Below are positions 28,952-38,073 of a stretch of 64,000 nt of DNA, piece after piece (position 1 is the stretch's first letter; each line of letters begins with the position of its first letter). Position numbers and translations under genes: made by a program. Under the pieces are notes generated by a model, which searched no databases, had not been told where the DNA came from, and was given only the letters and a program-made list of their open reading frames with translations. The stretch covers positions 8,226-72,225 of the forward strand of contig JAGNHN010000001.1 in assembly GCA_018001695.1 (NCBI GenBank). Reading direction: 5' to 3'. This DNA is from Lentimicrobiaceae bacterium. GTDB taxonomy: Bacteria > Bacteroidota > Bacteroidia > Bacteroidales > JAGNHN01.

Positions 28952-30253
28952 ATGAACAACGCCATCATCCGCAGCTGTGCGCTGCTCCTGCTCCTCACGC
29001 CGCTATTATATATCCATGCACAGGAGAACCCTGCCAGTTTTCTGCATTCCTTGCCAGGCGTGAAAGTGGAAGTCCTTACACCTGGTAAACACTTTACAGC
29101 AAGGTATTTATTATGGATTGAGCAGCCTGTTGACCATCTTCAGCCTTCGTCCGGCACTTTTCAGCAGCGTGTTTTACTTTCTATCCGGAAAGGTGCCACT
29201 ACTATGATTTTCAATACCGACGGATACGATATTGAAGACTATCTGGATCCTGACTACGTGCATGAATTGAGCACATTGCTCGAGGCACACCAACTTGATG
29301 TTGAGCACCGGTATTATCCACCCTCCTCTCCGCAGAACCGTGACTGGACGTATCTCACCGTAGCTCAGGCAGCTGCCGATCATCACCGGATAGTCGCACT
29401 CCTCAAACCTCTATTTCAGGGTGCATGGGTTGGAACCGGCATCAGTAAGGGAGGACAGGCAGCAATGTTCCACCGGTACTACTATCCTGATGATGTGGAC
29501 ATTACAGTTGGCTATGTATGTCCACTGGCTTTCTCTACCGAAGACCTAAGGGTATACTCTTTTCTCAGAGAGGTTGGGGACACCTTCTGTCGCACACGCA
29601 TCCGGGCGTTTCAGGAACGCATGCTGCGGGAAAGGGAAGAGCTCATGCCTGCGTTTATCAAAGCTGCTGAGAAAAAGGGACTGCGGTATTTCATGGGATA
29701 TGACAAGGCATATGAACTACTCGTGCTGGAGTATGCTTTTGCCTTTTGGCAATGGGGCAGCATGGATTGCAGCCGCATTCCCCTGGATGCCCGAAAACCA
29801 TCTGTTTTGATCGGTCATCTGGACAGTGTGGCAGACCTTGAATGGGTCTCTGAAGGGTTCTTGACAGATAATCCCTTCTTTTACCAGGCACTCACCGAGA
29901 TTGGCATGTATGGTTATGATACCAGCGGATGGCATGGCCTCCTTCGTTACATGGACGTGCCAGGGTTTGAATTTGCCTGCCCTTCAGGTACCCAGTGCCT
30001 GTATAACCCGGAGACCATGCAGAAAGTCGATGCCTTTGTTCGCCACCATGCCCGTCACATGCTGTTTTTATACGGGGAGTATGATCCATGGTCGGCTACA
30101 GCTGTCCAGTGGTCAGGCAATCCCGGCGTCAGAGTTCATATCCATAAAGGAGGTAGCCATCGCACACGGATCATGAACCTGGATGAACCGGCCAGGAAAG
30201 AACTGACAACCCTCTTAAAAACATGGTTGACAGAGATTGGCAAACAGAAATAA
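28952..30253 (+). CDS. Secreted S28/S37-like serine peptidase (aminopeptidase-like, alpha/beta fold)
   Basis: Signal peptide MNNAIIRSCALLLLLTPLLYIHAQ. Motifs QPVDH...FQQRV and GISKGG (GxSxG). I chose the ATG at 28952 over the TTG at 28943. Confidence 0.55.
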   Translation: MNNAIIRSCALLLLLTPLLYIHAQENPASFLHSLPGVKVEVLTPGKHFTARYLLWIEQPVDHLQPSSGTFQQRVLLSIRKGATTMIFNTDGYDIEDYLDPDYVHELSTLLEAHQLDVEHRYYPPSSPQNRDWTYLTVAQAAADHHRIVALLKPLFQGAWVGTGISKGGQAAMFHRYYYPDDVDITVGYVCPLAFSTEDLRVYSFLREVGDTFCRTRIRAFQERMLREREELMPAFIKAAEKKGLRYFMGYDKAYELLVLEYAFAFWQWGSMDCSRIPLDARKPSVLIGHLDSVADLEWVSEGFLTDNPFFYQALTEIGMYGYDTSGWHGLLRYMDVPGFEFACPSGTQCLYNPETMQKVDAFVRHHARHMLFLYGEYDPWSATAVQWSGNPGVRVHIHKGGSHRTRIMNLDEPARKELTTLLKTWLTEIGKQK

Positions 30254-30308
30254 CATATATAACCCTGTATAATTTCGTCTCATTCCAATAGAATTTAAAA
30301 CTGAAGCT

Positions 30309-31415
30309 ATGCCCAATGCCCTTCTCCACCTTACTTTTCTATTATCCTTCCTTACCTATGTGAACATTAATGCGCAGTCGCAAGAGCGAGTTACGGAAAG
30401 GACATTGATATTGGTTCATCCTACCGTCAGCAACATACAGCGCTTTCAGGTTTTGTTGGAGGAGGGAGTTTTTCCACTGCCCACTGATTATCGCATTCTG
30501 GGGCTGGCCCATCAAAAGGAAAGTTATGATTATCAGCAAAGTGTGGCATACCTGCAACAACATCCAGGTTCTTATCCCATGGAAATCAAGCTATTGGATT
30601 GCACGCTGGATACGAGTAGCATTTACAACCTTCCACATCCCTGTTCCGGTGATTTTGAAGAGTTGTTCAGCCTTGGCAACGGCATTATTTTTCTGGGGGG
30701 GCATGATTTGCTACCCACGGTCTATCAGACCCCACAGGACCTACTATGCCAACCAGAGGATCCGTACAGAAGTATCTGGGAATCATCGTTTATTTTTCAT
30801 CTTTTAGGCAACAACCGCAACCCGCAACACACTGCGTGGATGGCCCGTAAACCTGAATTCGTGATCCTTGGGATATGCCTGGGGATGCAAACCCTGAATG
30901 CCGCTACCGGCGGGACTTTGTACCAGGATATCCCCGCCAGGATTTATGGACTTGAGACACTGGAATCTGTCAGGGCACTGCCGCCGGATCAGATGCATCG
31001 CAACTATCATAGAGATCAGCATATGGATACCAGGCTCTCCTACTATCATCCGCATCGCATCCGTTTTACCGGCGACAACCGAATAAGCGCGATGGCAGGA
31101 AACGCTACGCAGCATCCGGTGGTCATGAGCAGCCACCACCAGGCCATCCAATTATTAAGTTCCGGTTGGGAGATACTCGCTACTTCTATGGATGGTCAGG
31201 TTATAGAAGCCATTGGGCATCAACGCCATCCACATGTTCTGGGGGTTCAGTTTCACCCTGAGTTACGCGAAATCTACCAGTCCGGATCCTTGATTTATCT
31301 TAAGGGAGATGAGCCGGGCTTTTCTTTTGCCAGGCAATACGAAGATTATCAGGGGTACGCATTTCATCTTGGTTTCTGGCGGGAAATGGCCAGATGGCTG
31401 GAAGGCATCAGATAA
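30309..31415 (+). CDS. Secreted class-I glutamine amidotransferase-like / peptidase C26 (gamma-glutamyl hydrolase) family protein
   Basis: 368 aa with a signal peptide (LLSFLTYVNINAQS). The catalytic Cys context is GICLGMQTLN and the His context is GVQFHPE. Confidence 0.75.
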   Translation: MPNALLHLTFLLSFLTYVNINAQSQERVTERTLILVHPTVSNIQRFQVLLEEGVFPLPTDYRILGLAHQKESYDYQQSVAYLQQHPGSYPMEIKLLDCTLDTSSIYNLPHPCSGDFEELFSLGNGIIFLGGHDLLPTVYQTPQDLLCQPEDPYRSIWESSFIFHLLGNNRNPQHTAWMARKPEFVILGICLGMQTLNAATGGTLYQDIPARIYGLETLESVRALPPDQMHRNYHRDQHMDTRLSYYHPHRIRFTGDNRISAMAGNATQHPVVMSSHHQAIQLLSSGWEILATSMDGQVIEAIGHQRHPHVLGVQFHPELREIYQSGSLIYLKGDEPGFSFARQYEDYQGYAFHLGFWREMARWLEGIR

Positions 31416-31436
31416 AAACCCATTATTACCTGTGAG

Positions 31437-32672
31437 CTATCGTGTCAGATAATGACGGCGATTGTCATCCGGCTGAATGCGCCGTGCAGGTAACACACTA
31501 GCTGCCAGTCCAATAATCATAACAGTGAGTAAAACATAAACAAAATCCTGCCACTGCATCATGACCGGATAGGCACTGATCACGAAGGAGCCGTCGACAC
31601 CCTGCAGTTGAATCAGTCCAAAATGCTGTTGCAGCCAACATACAAGGGCCCCCAGGGCCAGGCCGAGCAGGGTTCCGGCGGCCGTAAGCAAGATCCCCTG
31701 ATGGAGAAAGATCTTCTGGATCATCCCCAGTGAGGCGCCCATGCTCCATAAAACGGCTATGTCCTTGCGCTTATCAATAACTAGCATGGATACAGAGCCG
31801 ATCATGTTAAACGCAGCTATCAGGATAATAAATGTAAGTATGAGAAAGATGGCCCATTTTTCACTGCGCATGATGCGGTAAAGCGTTTCCTGCTGCTGAA
31901 ACCTGTCCCTGACCAGATAATCAGGCCCGAGGCTTGCTTGCAATTCCTCCGCTATCCGGGAGGCATTTCCTCCTTTCAGCCTGATCTCCAGCGCAGTTCG
32001 CTCATCCTGGTAATCCAGCAGGCGTTGCATGGTGCGCAGAGGCACCAGGACATAGCGTGTATCAAACTCCTGCTGTATCGAAAACACCCCGGAAGGATAG
32101 GCTATCTCCCGGTTAAAGGCTTCCAGCGGGTTCACCACGGACATTCCGGTGCGCCGTGGAACGTACATCTCAAGCGGGGTAAGAAAATCCCTGGGCGTCA
32201 ACTCCAGATACCAGGCGATGCCGGCGCCAACGATGGCATAATCGACATCTCCATCCCGCAGTATAAGACTGCCATCTACTAACATACTGTCCAGCGGAGT
32301 GGCCTCAAGGTAGGTATCATCCACGCCTTTGAGGGTCACAATGTGCTGGCGGTCGCGGTAGCGGACCAGGGCATTCTCCTCGATGACAGAGGCATAGGCA
32401 TCCAGATTGCTCAGCGAACCTACCTTCCCGATTGGGAAATGCTGCAGATTGAAAGTCTTTCCCTGTGTTGCGCGTATTTCAATATCCGGGTTGAACGTCC
32501 CCAGCAGTGACACCACAACCTGCTCAAAGCCGTTAAACACTGATAGCACTACAATCAGGGCCATGGTACCCATGGTGATGCCGGTCATTGAGACCCAGGA
32601 TATAATTTGAATGATATGATGCGACTTGCGCGAGACCAGGTAACGGCGTGCTATGAACAGTGGAAGTCGCAA
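31437..32672 (-). CDS. LolC/E-type (FtsX-fold) ABC transporter permease
   Basis: 411 aa. Starts (M)RLPLFIARRYL..., with a periplasmic MacB-like loop and three C-terminal TM helices. TTG start. Confidence 0.85.
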   Translation of the reverse strand: MRLPLFIARRYLVSRKSHHIIQIISWVSMTGITMGTMALIVVLSVFNGFEQVVVSLLGTFNPDIEIRATQGKTFNLQHFPIGKVGSLSNLDAYASVIEENALVRYRDRQHIVTLKGVDDTYLEATPLDSMLVDGSLILRDGDVDYAIVGAGIAWYLELTPRDFLTPLEMYVPRRTGMSVVNPLEAFNREIAYPSGVFSIQQEFDTRYVLVPLRTMQRLLDYQDERTALEIRLKGGNASRIAEELQASLGPDYLVRDRFQQQETLYRIMRSEKWAIFLILTFIILIAAFNMIGSVSMLVIDKRKDIAVLWSMGASLGMIQKIFLHQGILLTAAGTLLGLALGALVCWLQQHFGLIQLQGVDGSFVISAYPVMMQWQDFVYVLLTVMIIGLAASVLPARRIQPDDNRRHYLTR

Positions 32673-32689
32673 GGTACCGGGGTTATTGC

Positions 32690-33025
32690 CTATTGATGCA
32701 ACAATTTATCAATATTATCAATATAATCCAGGGAATCATCCTCATAGAACTCCAGGTCAGGAACGAGCCGCATCAGGCTGCCCACCTGTCTTCCCAATAA
32801 GTAGCGGATTTCCCTGGTTTTGGATCTGATTCCTTCCAAGGCCAGCGCCTTATCCCCAGCCCCGAATATACTGAGATACACCCTGGCCAAACCCAGGTCG
32901 CGTGTGAGTCTCACTTTGGTGATGGTCACCATTGCCCTGGACAAAGCCGGTCCCTCTCGCTGAAAGATCTCACCCAGCTCTTTCATGATCAGCCGGGCGA
33001 CTTTTTGTTGCCGCATCGTTTCCAT
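32690..33025 (-). CDS. rbfA: Ribosome-binding factor A
   Basis: 111 aa, METMRQQKVARLIMKELGEIF...ITKVRLTRDLGLARVYLS. The true start at 33025 has an exact TACTTTTG box 5 nt upstream. The longer track ORF would overlap the divergent ABC gene. Confidence 0.92.
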   Translation of the reverse strand: METMRQQKVARLIMKELGEIFQREGPALSRAMVTITKVRLTRDLGLARVYLSIFGAGDKALALEGIRSKTREIRYLLGRQVGSLMRLVPDLEFYEDDSLDYIDNIDKLLHQ

Positions 33026-33030
33026 GAATA

Positions 33031-33038
33031 CAAAAGTA
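33031..33038 (-). promoter_or_regulatory. -7 box (TACTTTTG) 5 nt upstream of rbfA start (leaderless-type)
   Basis: Exact match. The spacing implies a transcription start at or next to the ATG. Confidence 0.45.
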
Positions 33039-33097
33039 AGCAATATACTCCCTTCGCATGCACTGTGTGTTGGCGGAGTATGGCCTTCATTTTCCGC

Positions 33098-33105
33098 TAT
33101 CTTTG
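33098..33105 (+). promoter_or_regulatory. -7 box (TATCTTTG) 5 nt upstream of ABC exporter start (leaderless-type)
   Basis: Exact match, divergent from the rbfA box 60 bp away. Confidence 0.45.
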
Positions 33106-33110
33106 CAATC

Positions 33111-34985
33111 ATGCGGTTCTGGAATGAGATTCTGAGACTGGTACGCCCATACCGTGGATATGCCGTCCTTTCAGGCCTGTCAAATATCCTGGCAGTCCTC
33201 TTTGGCCTGGTATCCATCAGCATGCTGTTACCTTTCCTGGATTTGCTTTTTGGAAGAACACAGATTATTACCACGGCACCTGCCCTGAAGGCTGATCCGG
33301 CTTCCTTAAATGCTTATGTTCAGTACCTCATGGGCGACATCATCCGGCAGAGAGGGCAGATAGGAGCACTGGCCTTTCTTTCACTGGGTATCATCATCCT
33401 TTTCTTTCTGAAAAATATTTTCAGGTACCTGGGAATGTATTTCATGTCCCCCTTGCGCAATGGAATCGTACGGGACCTGCGTAATGCTTTGTATGAGCAT
33501 ACCCTTATCCTGCCGCTATCCTATTACGCCGGGAAGAGAAGCGGTGATATCATCACCCGGATGTCACAGGATGTGCAGGAAGTTGAATGGTCCATCACCA
33601 ACTTCCTGATCATGTTTCTCAGGGAACCCATCGCGCTCCTGATTTTCCTGACGGCCCTGATCATCATCAATCCCTGGCTGACCCTGATCGCTGCCGTCCT
33701 GATCCCTGTTGCCGGATTCTTTATCAATCTGATCAGCAAACGCTTGCAGAAGAATGCCGGGCTTGGTCAGGAGCGGCTGGGATGGCTTACATCCATCCTG
33801 GATGAAACGATCCAGGGCATCCGTATCATTAAATCTTTCAACGCCATCTCGCTGGCGGATGAGAAATACAGGAAATCCAACGAGCAATTCACGCGGGTGT
33901 TAACGCGGGTCTACCGGCAACGTGACCTTGCCGCTCCCCTTACAGAGATGCTGGTGGTACTGGTGCTGATGACCATATTGTGGTATGGTGGCAACCAGGT
34001 CCTTTCTGATTCCAGCACCCTCGATGCCGGTGTTTTCCTGCTCTACCTGGCTGTTTTCTCCCAGGTTATACCCCCGGCCAAATCGCTGATAACAGCCTAC
34101 TACTATATGCGCAAAGGCGAAGCCAGCCTGGTCAGGATCAGGGAGCTGCTTGAAGCTGAGGAGGTAATCACGGAGAAACCGGAAGCTGTCATGGTCAGTA
34201 AAATGCAAAGCGGTATACGTTTTGAAGACGTCAGCTTTGCATATCTGCAGGACAACGTGCTGGATCACATCAATCTGGAGATAAGACAAGGTGAATGCCT
34301 GGCCATCGTCGGCGCTTCCGGGAGTGGTAAATCCACGCTCCTGAACCTGATCCCCCGCTTTTATGATCCGGTATCCGGCAGGATCACCATGGATGGCATG
34401 GATATACGGGATCTCAATATTGCGGGACTGCGCGCTCTGACCGGTCTGGTCAGTCAGGATACCATCCTGTTCAATGACACCGTGAAGCAAAATATCCTGA
34501 TGGGGTTGAATGACGTTGGTGATAACGAGATTGAACGCGCCGCGCGCCTGGCAGATGCCCATACCTTCATCATCAGCCTGCCGCAGGGTTATGACACCTT
34601 GATCGGCGACCGGGGATTGAAGCTCAGCGGGGGCCAGCGTCAGCGCCTGGCCCTGGCCAGGGCAATCCTGCGCAATCCGCCACTACTGCTGCTGGATGAG
34701 GCCACTTCCTCTCTTGATACACAGGCTGAAGCCCAGGTACAGGCTGCCATTGATGCCAGCATGCAAGGCAGAACCACAGTCATCGTTGCACACAGGCTGT
34801 CCACCATCCGTCAGGCAGGCCGTATCATTGTCATGGAAAAAGGAAAGATCGTCGAAGAAGGTGATCATGCCAGCCTGATGCAGAAGAAAGGGCGCTATTA
34901 CAACTTATGGACCCTGCAGTCCGCTGTTCCTGATGATCAGACGGGACAAGGAGAAGAAACAACTGAGTATTCCGATCATGAATGA
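33111..34985 (+). CDS. ABC exporter, fused permease/ATPase (MsbA-like)
   Basis: 624 aa with a six-TM N-terminal domain. Walker A is GASGSGKST, the signature is LSGGQRQR and Walker B is LLLLDEATS. The start at 33111 (MRFWNEILRLVRPY) is preceded by TATCTTTG 5 nt upstream. Confidence 0.92.
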   Translation: MRFWNEILRLVRPYRGYAVLSGLSNILAVLFGLVSISMLLPFLDLLFGRTQIITTAPALKADPASLNAYVQYLMGDIIRQRGQIGALAFLSLGIIILFFLKNIFRYLGMYFMSPLRNGIVRDLRNALYEHTLILPLSYYAGKRSGDIITRMSQDVQEVEWSITNFLIMFLREPIALLIFLTALIIINPWLTLIAAVLIPVAGFFINLISKRLQKNAGLGQERLGWLTSILDETIQGIRIIKSFNAISLADEKYRKSNEQFTRVLTRVYRQRDLAAPLTEMLVVLVLMTILWYGGNQVLSDSSTLDAGVFLLYLAVFSQVIPPAKSLITAYYYMRKGEASLVRIRELLEAEEVITEKPEAVMVSKMQSGIRFEDVSFAYLQDNVLDHINLEIRQGECLAIVGASGSGKSTLLNLIPRFYDPVSGRITMDGMDIRDLNIAGLRALTGLVSQDTILFNDTVKQNILMGLNDVGDNEIERAARLADAHTFIISLPQGYDTLIGDRGLKLSGGQRQRLALARAILRNPPLLLLDEATSSLDTQAEAQVQAAIDASMQGRTTVIVAHRLSTIRQAGRIIVMEKGKIVEEGDHASLMQKKGRYYNLWTLQSAVPDDQTGQGEETTEYSDHE

Positions 34986-36222
34986 CACGCTGAAAACACA
35001 GGTAAAAACACTGTCTGCCGGTCTGGCAGATGACCTGGTCGTATGGAGACGCCACCTTCATCGCTATCCTGAATTGAGCGGCGAAGAACACCAAACAGCG
35101 GCCTTTGTACGGGAGATTCTCATTTCCAGGAATATTCCCTTTATTGATGGCATTGCCGGCACCGGGATTGTTGCCATGATCCAGGGCGATCAGGCTGGTG
35201 AACATTGTATTGCCCTTCGGGCGGATATGGACGCATTGCCCATCCAGGAAGCGGGAGACAAAGAATGGAAGTCAACAGTTCCTGGTGTCATGCATGCCTG
35301 TGGCCACGATGCACATACCACCTCCCTGCTTGGTACGGCAATCATTCTGAGCACACTACGACCTCATTTTGGCGGGTTGGTGAAGTTGTTTTTCCAGCCT
35401 GCTGAAGAACGATATCCCGGCGGTGCACAGGCCATGATCGACGAAGGGGTATTAGAGGACCCGCATGTTGACCTGGTTTTCGGACAGCATATCATGCCCG
35501 GACTGGAAAGCGGCAAGGTGGGATTCAGGCCTGGCCCTGCCATGGCTGCCACCAATGAGATCTACATGAGCATACAGGGGAAAGGCGGGCATGGCGCAAC
35601 GCCGGAGCTGATCAACGATCCGGTTGTGGCTGCTGCGCAGGTTCTGATTGCCCTGCAACAGGTGGTAAGCCGCAAAGCAAATCCGCAGCATCCTACCGTG
35701 CTCTCATTTGGCCGCTTCATTGCTGATGGGCAGGTTAATGTGGTTCCGGATGAGGTGATCATGCACGGCATTTTCCGGACTTATGATGAAACCTGGCGGG
35801 AACAGGCACATTCCCTGATCCGGCATATTGCTGCCACTACGGCCGAAGCTTTTGGTTGCCGCAGTGAGGTCCATATTGCTCCTGGCTATCCCAGCCTTAT
35901 TAACCATCCCGACACTACTGAAAGGGCCCGGGTGTGGGCCGAAGCATACCTCGGACGCCATCAGGCAGTAGAGATACCGCCGCGTATGACAGCAGAAGAC
36001 TTTGCCTATTTTAGCCGACAACGGCCCTCCTGTTTTTACAGGCTGGGAACCCATCACGAAGGCAAGGGCCTTACCGCCAACCTGCATACACCTCGTTTCG
36101 ATATCGACGAAGAGATATTACCTGCCGGGGCCGGGTTGATGGCCTGGATTACCCTGTGTGCGATGGAAGCCCTGGACCAGGGTTGGAAGCCCGCTTTTCA
36201 CCTTCCTGATATGACAGCTTAA
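34978..36222 (+). CDS. M20-family amidohydrolase (N-acyl-amino-acid amidohydrolase / hippurate hydrolase-like)
   Basis: Motifs HRYPELSGEE, RADMDALP and HACGHDAH. The ATG at 34978 overlaps the ABC exporter stop codon by 8 nt. Confidence 0.88.
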   Translation: MNDTLKTQVKTLSAGLADDLVVWRRHLHRYPELSGEEHQTAAFVREILISRNIPFIDGIAGTGIVAMIQGDQAGEHCIALRADMDALPIQEAGDKEWKSTVPGVMHACGHDAHTTSLLGTAIILSTLRPHFGGLVKLFFQPAEERYPGGAQAMIDEGVLEDPHVDLVFGQHIMPGLESGKVGFRPGPAMAATNEIYMSIQGKGGHGATPELINDPVVAAAQVLIALQQVVSRKANPQHPTVLSFGRFIADGQVNVVPDEVIMHGIFRTYDETWREQAHSLIRHIAATTAEAFGCRSEVHIAPGYPSLINHPDTTERARVWAEAYLGRHQAVEIPPRMTAEDFAYFSRQRPSCFYRLGTHHEGKGLTANLHTPRFDIDEEILPAGAGLMAWITLCAMEALDQGWKPAFHLPDMTA

Positions 36223-36255
36223 CGCTATCGTCCTGAAAAACAAAACAGAAACACA

Positions 36256-37299
36256 TTGAACGTCAACGGCCAACACTACCGGACCATCTGGATGGAAGAC
36301 CAGGTGGTCTGCATGATCGATCAGACAAAACTGCCTTTTTCTTTCGAAATCTTTCGTTCCCCGGATTATCAAACGACCTGCTATGCCATATCCAACATGG
36401 TCGTCAGGGGGGCCGGGGCCATCGGGGCTGCGGCTGGGTATGCCATGGCACAAGCGGCCCGCATGGCCTTCGAGACGGAAGATAAAGAAATGCTATCCAA
36501 AGCCTACCAGGAGATCCTTGTGAGCCGGCCAACTGCCATCAACCTGAAGTATCACCTTGACAGGGTGTATGCTTATGCTGAGAACCCGGATGCAGCAAAA
36601 TCCCTTGCCGGGGTGCTGGCTGAGAAAAATGCCGAAGATGGCAGAATGATGGGTGTCCATGGAAAGGTGCTCATCAAAGAGGGGATGAACGTATTGACAC
36701 ACTGCAATGCAGGCTGGCTGGGCTTTGTGGACCACGGCAGTGCCCTCTCGCCCCTATATGCAGCCCATCGGGAAGGCCTGCGCTTCCGGGTATACGCGGA
36801 TGAAACACGACCCAGGGGGCAAGGGGCCCGCATTACCGCATGGGAACTGGGCCAGGAAGGTATCGAATGTGTCATTATCCCGGATAATGCGGCAGCCTGG
36901 CTGATGGCTGAAGGTAACATCGATCTTGTGATCACCGGTGCTGACCGTATCGCACTTAACGGGGATACCGCCAATAAGATCGGGACATTGGAAAAAGCCA
37001 TGGCCGCAAACTATTACGGCATCCCTTTTTATATCGCAGCACCCCTATCCACCATCGATCCTAACTGCCAGTCAGGAAAAGAGATCCCCATTGAATACCG
37101 GGATCCGGACGAGGTGTTGTTTCAGGAAGGACTGGGTGATTCAGGAATGATTGAGAGGATACGGGTTTCTGCACCGGGTGCCGTAGCCCTCAATCCGGCC
37201 TTCGATGTTACCCCTCATTCGCTCATCCAAGGCATTATCACAGAAAAAGGAATAATACCTGCTGATCTGGAAGCGATTTCCAGATTGTCAGGATTATAA
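36256..37299 (+). CDS. mtnA: S-methyl-5-thioribose-1-phosphate isomerase (eIF-2B alpha/beta/delta family)
   Basis: 347 aa. Motifs IDQTKLPF, VRGAGAIGAAAGYA and GADRIALNGDTANKIGT. TTG start. Confidence 0.85.
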   Translation: MNVNGQHYRTIWMEDQVVCMIDQTKLPFSFEIFRSPDYQTTCYAISNMVVRGAGAIGAAAGYAMAQAARMAFETEDKEMLSKAYQEILVSRPTAINLKYHLDRVYAYAENPDAAKSLAGVLAEKNAEDGRMMGVHGKVLIKEGMNVLTHCNAGWLGFVDHGSALSPLYAAHREGLRFRVYADETRPRGQGARITAWELGQEGIECVIIPDNAAAWLMAEGNIDLVITGADRIALNGDTANKIGTLEKAMAANYYGIPFYIAAPLSTIDPNCQSGKEIPIEYRDPDEVLFQEGLGDSGMIERIRVSAPGAVALNPAFDVTPHSLIQGIITEKGIIPADLEAISRLSGL

Positions 37300-38073
37300 A
37301 GGATCCGGTAGCAGCGCAATGAGGCCCAGGTAATCTGATACATCAAGCTGCTCGGCCCGCTGCATCCCCAGTTTCCCAGGGAGTAATTCCACCGGGAATC
37401 CTGCACTTCTAAGGGCATTACGCAGCGTTTTACGTCGCTGATTGAAAGCCGCTTTCACCAGCCGGGCCAGTTTGATGCGGTCAGAAGCTGATGGTACCTC
37501 CTGCAACCGGGTTAACCTGAGCACCCCTGATTTCACCGCGGGAGGCGGAAAGAAAGCCCCCTCGGGAACGGTCTGCAGGTATTCTACATGGTAACATGAC
37601 TGGATCAATACGCTCAGTATCCCATACTCTTTGCTGCCCGGACCAGAGGCAATCCGCCTGGCTACCTCTCGCTGAAACATACCCACCAGGCCTTCCACCT
37701 CCCTGACATGCTCATAAACCCTGAATAGAATCTGTGTGGAAATATTGTAGGGGAAATTGCCGATCATCCAATAGGGAACGGGGAACAGGTTCTCCAAAGG
37801 CAGTCTGAGGAAATCTGCGTTCAGCAGCTGCTCCGGACCAAGGGCATAGACCTGTCTGAGATGCTCCACGGCCTCTCCATCGATCTCTACCATTTTATAC
37901 AAGGTGAATGGGCGTTCAAGCAGGTATTTCGTCAGGACGCCGGTTCCTGGCCCGATTTCCAGGAGGTATTGGCAGGTAAGCGGCAATGCTTCCACGATTT
38001 GAGAGGCAACACGCTGGTCGTGAAGGAAATGCTGTCCTAAGTGCTTTTTGGGCCGTACCAAGATATATCTCAA
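37294..38073 (-). CDS. rsmA: 16S rRNA (adenine1518/1519-N6)-dimethyltransferase
   Basis: 259 aa. Motifs KKHLGQHFL, the SAM motif LEIGPGTGVLT, and NFPYNIST. Confidence 0.93.
   Translation of the reverse strand: MRYILVRPKKHLGQHFLHDQRVASQIVEALPLTCQYLLEIGPGTGVLTKYLLERPFTLYKMVEIDGEAVEHLRQVYALGPEQLLNADFLRLPLENLFPVPYWMIGNFPYNISTQILFRVYEHVREVEGLVGMFQREVARRIASGPGSKEYGILSVLIQSCYHVEYLQTVPEGAFFPPPAVKSGVLRLTRLQEVPSASDRIKLARLVKAAFNQRRKTLRNALRSAGFPVELLPGKLGMQRAEQLDVSDYLGLIALLPDPL

Noticed and set aside
33026-33274. Long N-terminal extension of rbfA, and the reciprocal extension of the ABC exporter (32985-33110).
   Set aside because: The two extensions overlap each other on opposite strands and have no homology-like features. 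Both shorter starts have exact -7 boxes 5 nt upstream and give canonical N-termini.
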